From: Squalus acanthias
Taxonomy: Eukaryota
Assembly: GCA_030390025.1 (NCBI GenBank)
Contig: CM059438.1
Location: 35,650,001 to 35,714,000 of the forward strand
Length of the DNA stretch: 64,000 bases
Direction: 5' to 3'
This document shows, piece by piece, positions 61,051 through 64,000 of the stretch (positions within the stretch are counted from its first letter, which is position 1; every line of letters begins with the position of its first letter). The position numbers and the translations under genes are program-made. The notes below the pieces were generated by a model, which saw only the letters and a list, made by a program, of their open reading frames with translations, did not search any database and had not been told where the DNA came from.

Positions 61051-63671
61051 GATGACATCCTGATCGTCGCTTTGCTGCCGAAACGAGCAGCAGCCAGAAA
61101 TACAAAGACCTTTCCCCCACCTTATCAAACAGATAGGAGGGACACTGGAGGGTATTACTCTGGGCTGCGCTCACACATTTTTTTAGAACAGCTGGCTCTG
61201 CAGAATACAGAAAACAGAGTTTTGCAGATCCAGATACAAGAGAAACTTTGAGATTTGAATTATTTTTCTAACTCCAACTTTAAATGTAAAACAACATTTT
61301 ACGCCTGGAAATAACTGAACAATGTTATTGTACAAACTTTTAACTGGCTCATAGCAAATTCCTTTCTTTGCTATTCCAATGGGGCATTAACTCTATCATG
61401 TGCAATATAATTAAACTGACAAGGAGGTTAAATCCTTGGTTAAAATAGCAGAGAAGAATTTGATTAGAATACATTGGCGTTTGAGCAACACTAATATCAT
61501 TGCATTTATACAATGAGGGGTGTTGAATGTGAAATTTACAAAAAATGAATCACAGTTCACTACACTGCAGATGAACCAAGTTCATTTAATTTAAAAGATT
61601 CACTCCACCTGCCTGAACAGGCAGATAGAACATGATATTTTATCAAATCTCTCTCATTTGGACAGTTAAACTTTGCAACCATACAGATTCCACACACTTG
61701 CTACCTATGGATATGAACAGACATTGACAAATTGTCAAACCTTGCATTCCCATGCTGGTCACAGAGTGCTGCTGTTTGTGTAGGTTTAGAAGCATCAGTA
61801 ACTTAATATTTCCAAAGTTATTACATCCTGTACCAGATGACTGTTCCTTGTGTTCGGGAATAAATTCTAGCCTAGTTAATGGGTATATTTTTCCGATGCA
61901 CACAAACTGCAACCGAAGTCACTGCTGTCCAACATCCATCATGAACATGCTGCTGTCAAAAGTTTTAAAGACCATATGTCACCTGGAATTTCTGGGTTGC
62001 AAGTCAGAATCTCCAGTTTCAAATTGCATCAACAAATTCATTCACAATGGGATTTTATTTCTTTTAAAGCAAAAGTTTAAATGCAATTCCAGACAGTATA
62101 AAAAAGGTACCCAACATGAAGTTTAAATGTATACCAAGATATTCCCCGTGATCGGTGAGCAATGCCACCATCCAACACTAACCCATGAAAGCACCCGTAA
62201 ATTTGTCTAAGGCGCAAGTATTTTTAACATTGATAAGTCATGATAACGTAGCTAAAAAGGTTCATTTAATAGTTTTTAAATAATGTATTACATCAAATTA
62301 AACCACTTCTCTAGTGGCAGATTTGACAGGTTTGTAAATTTGCAGATAAAAATAAAGCACTAGTGCTTGCAGTTACTACACAATTGTTTCTCAATAAATA
62401 AGTCAACATTTCTGAATGAAGAAAAGGAACTATGGTACTGACAAGATACAAGTGTTCCTGTGGCGTAATAAATAGCTGCGTGTGTTACGGCCATCATCCA
62501 TAACAAGACACCAGAGGTACCATTAGCACTCTTAAGTGTTATATAAATCAAATAGGTGCATAAAAAGCTGTCTGGGGCATTCTCCATGGCATGCAAACCA
62601 CATGAAGATCCCATCTGCTCGGCTAACACTACCGGAGTTGAAGGCTTTGGCTACCATGTAAGAAGAAGATTAAACCTACATCCATCAAGATGAAAGATAA
62701 TTATTGCCTTTGTCAGACACCACCTGTTTCTGCAGCATTCTTGAACTCAAAGGACATGCTGAAACTTTCCTCTGAAGTTCATGTTTGACAGTTGCTCCAG
62801 GCATTTCTGTTCATACCTATACTGCAGCCTCCTCCTGCACTCCAGCATCTTGCAGGCTTAATATACATACTGTACAGGATAGCTGATCACCTACATTTCC
62901 AATGGCAACACAATCAAATGTGATGGTGCCTCTTTCTTAAAAATCTTCAATCAAGTACTAAATCCTCTCTTAGGAATGAGCCTATAAAAGTCAAAAGAAC
63001 ATATTTGACTTTCTTTCTACATGTACCAATCTATACCCTAGGTAAGGACAAGCCTTTCCTTCATGATTACATTTTTGGAAATACAACATCGAAATTTAGA
63101 CCACTCTTCTAATTGGGTAGCTTTTTGCAGTCAGGTTAAGCACCAACATTGCAGAGATATGGAATGTTTTCCTAATTTCTTTGCCCAGTATCAGCACTAA
63201 ACACCGCAAGATTGGATACAATCTCAGCCAGAAGTAAAATATCCCAACTCTGACCTACCAGTGTACTGTAAACTAACCACAGAATGCCATAATCCCAACC
63301 CCAAAATAACACTCCCGACTGCACCAATGTGATTTTTTCTATTTCCATGACCAGCGATCTTTACTGCCTCTAAGTGAGACCGAATTTAGGTTATGGATCT
63401 GTGTCCAATTCGAACTTTTGGACAATTGCAAGCAAATTTCTAGTGAACAGAGATTTCATCCCATCTGTTTTGGCTAGATTCAAAATCCAGACAATAAGTA
63501 GACAGAACAAGTTCTCTTAAATACGTAAAAAGCAGAATACTAATTTGGTTCACATTATGATAACAAGAGACCAAAAAAAAATTCCAAGACAGTATTTTTG
63601 GAAACATCACTTGGAAAATGATTAATGTCAACTTGGGCAGGGTGGCAGCCCCTATTGGAATAATAAAATGA

Positions 63672-64000
63672 TAAAGCACAAAAGGAGGCTATTCAGCCCA
63701 TCGTGCCTGTGCTGGCTCTTTGGTAGAGCTATCCAATTAGTCCCACGCCCCTGCTCCTTCCCTATAGCCCTGCAATTTCCCCCCCCCCCCCCCCCAAAAG
63801 TATTTATCCAATTCCCTTTTGAAAGGGACTATTGAATCTGCTTCCACCACTTTCAGGCAGTGCATTCCAGATCACAACTCGCTGTGTAAAAAAATGTTGC
63901 CTCAGGTCACCTCTGGTTCTTTTGCCAATCACCTTAAATCCATGCCCTCTGGTTACTGACTCTTTTCCCCACTGGAAACTGTTTCTCCTTATTTACTCTA
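63672..64000 (-). mobile_element. CR1 LINE 3' fragment running off the window end
   Basis: gcacaaaaggaggctattcagcccatcgtgcctgtgctggctc...attgaatctgcttccaccactttcaggcagtgcattccagatc. Confidence 0.85.

Overview
Vertebrate genomic DNA, very probably from a cartilaginous fish (shark), judged by its repeats: Deu-domain SacSINE1-like SINEs, an HE1-like V-SINE, CR1/L2 LINEs and Penelope-like elements. The window holds the conserved CYP26C1-CYP26A1-MYOF synteny block. On + are the last two coding exons of cyp26c1 (7140-7811, 12301-12669) and a complete 7-exon cyp26a1 (25636-30158, 494 aa). On - are the last six coding exons of myoferlin (56542 down to 31457). Main points of interest: (1) cyp26a1 and myof end tail-to-tail on two opposed AATAAA signals only 33 nt apart; (2) about a dozen DR5/DR2 retinoic-acid response elements lie around cyp26a1; (3) CYP26C1 has a 127-aa, internally repetitive insertion in its J-K region; (4) myof has a candidate alternative terminal exon; (5) five minimal hammerhead-ribozyme motifs from Penelope repeats lie in introns; (6) a 1-kb minisatellite probably sits in the cyp26c1 3'UTR. 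Gene names come from motif recognition and synteny, without database searches. Two N-gaps (57309-57537, 58051-58374) hide sequence.
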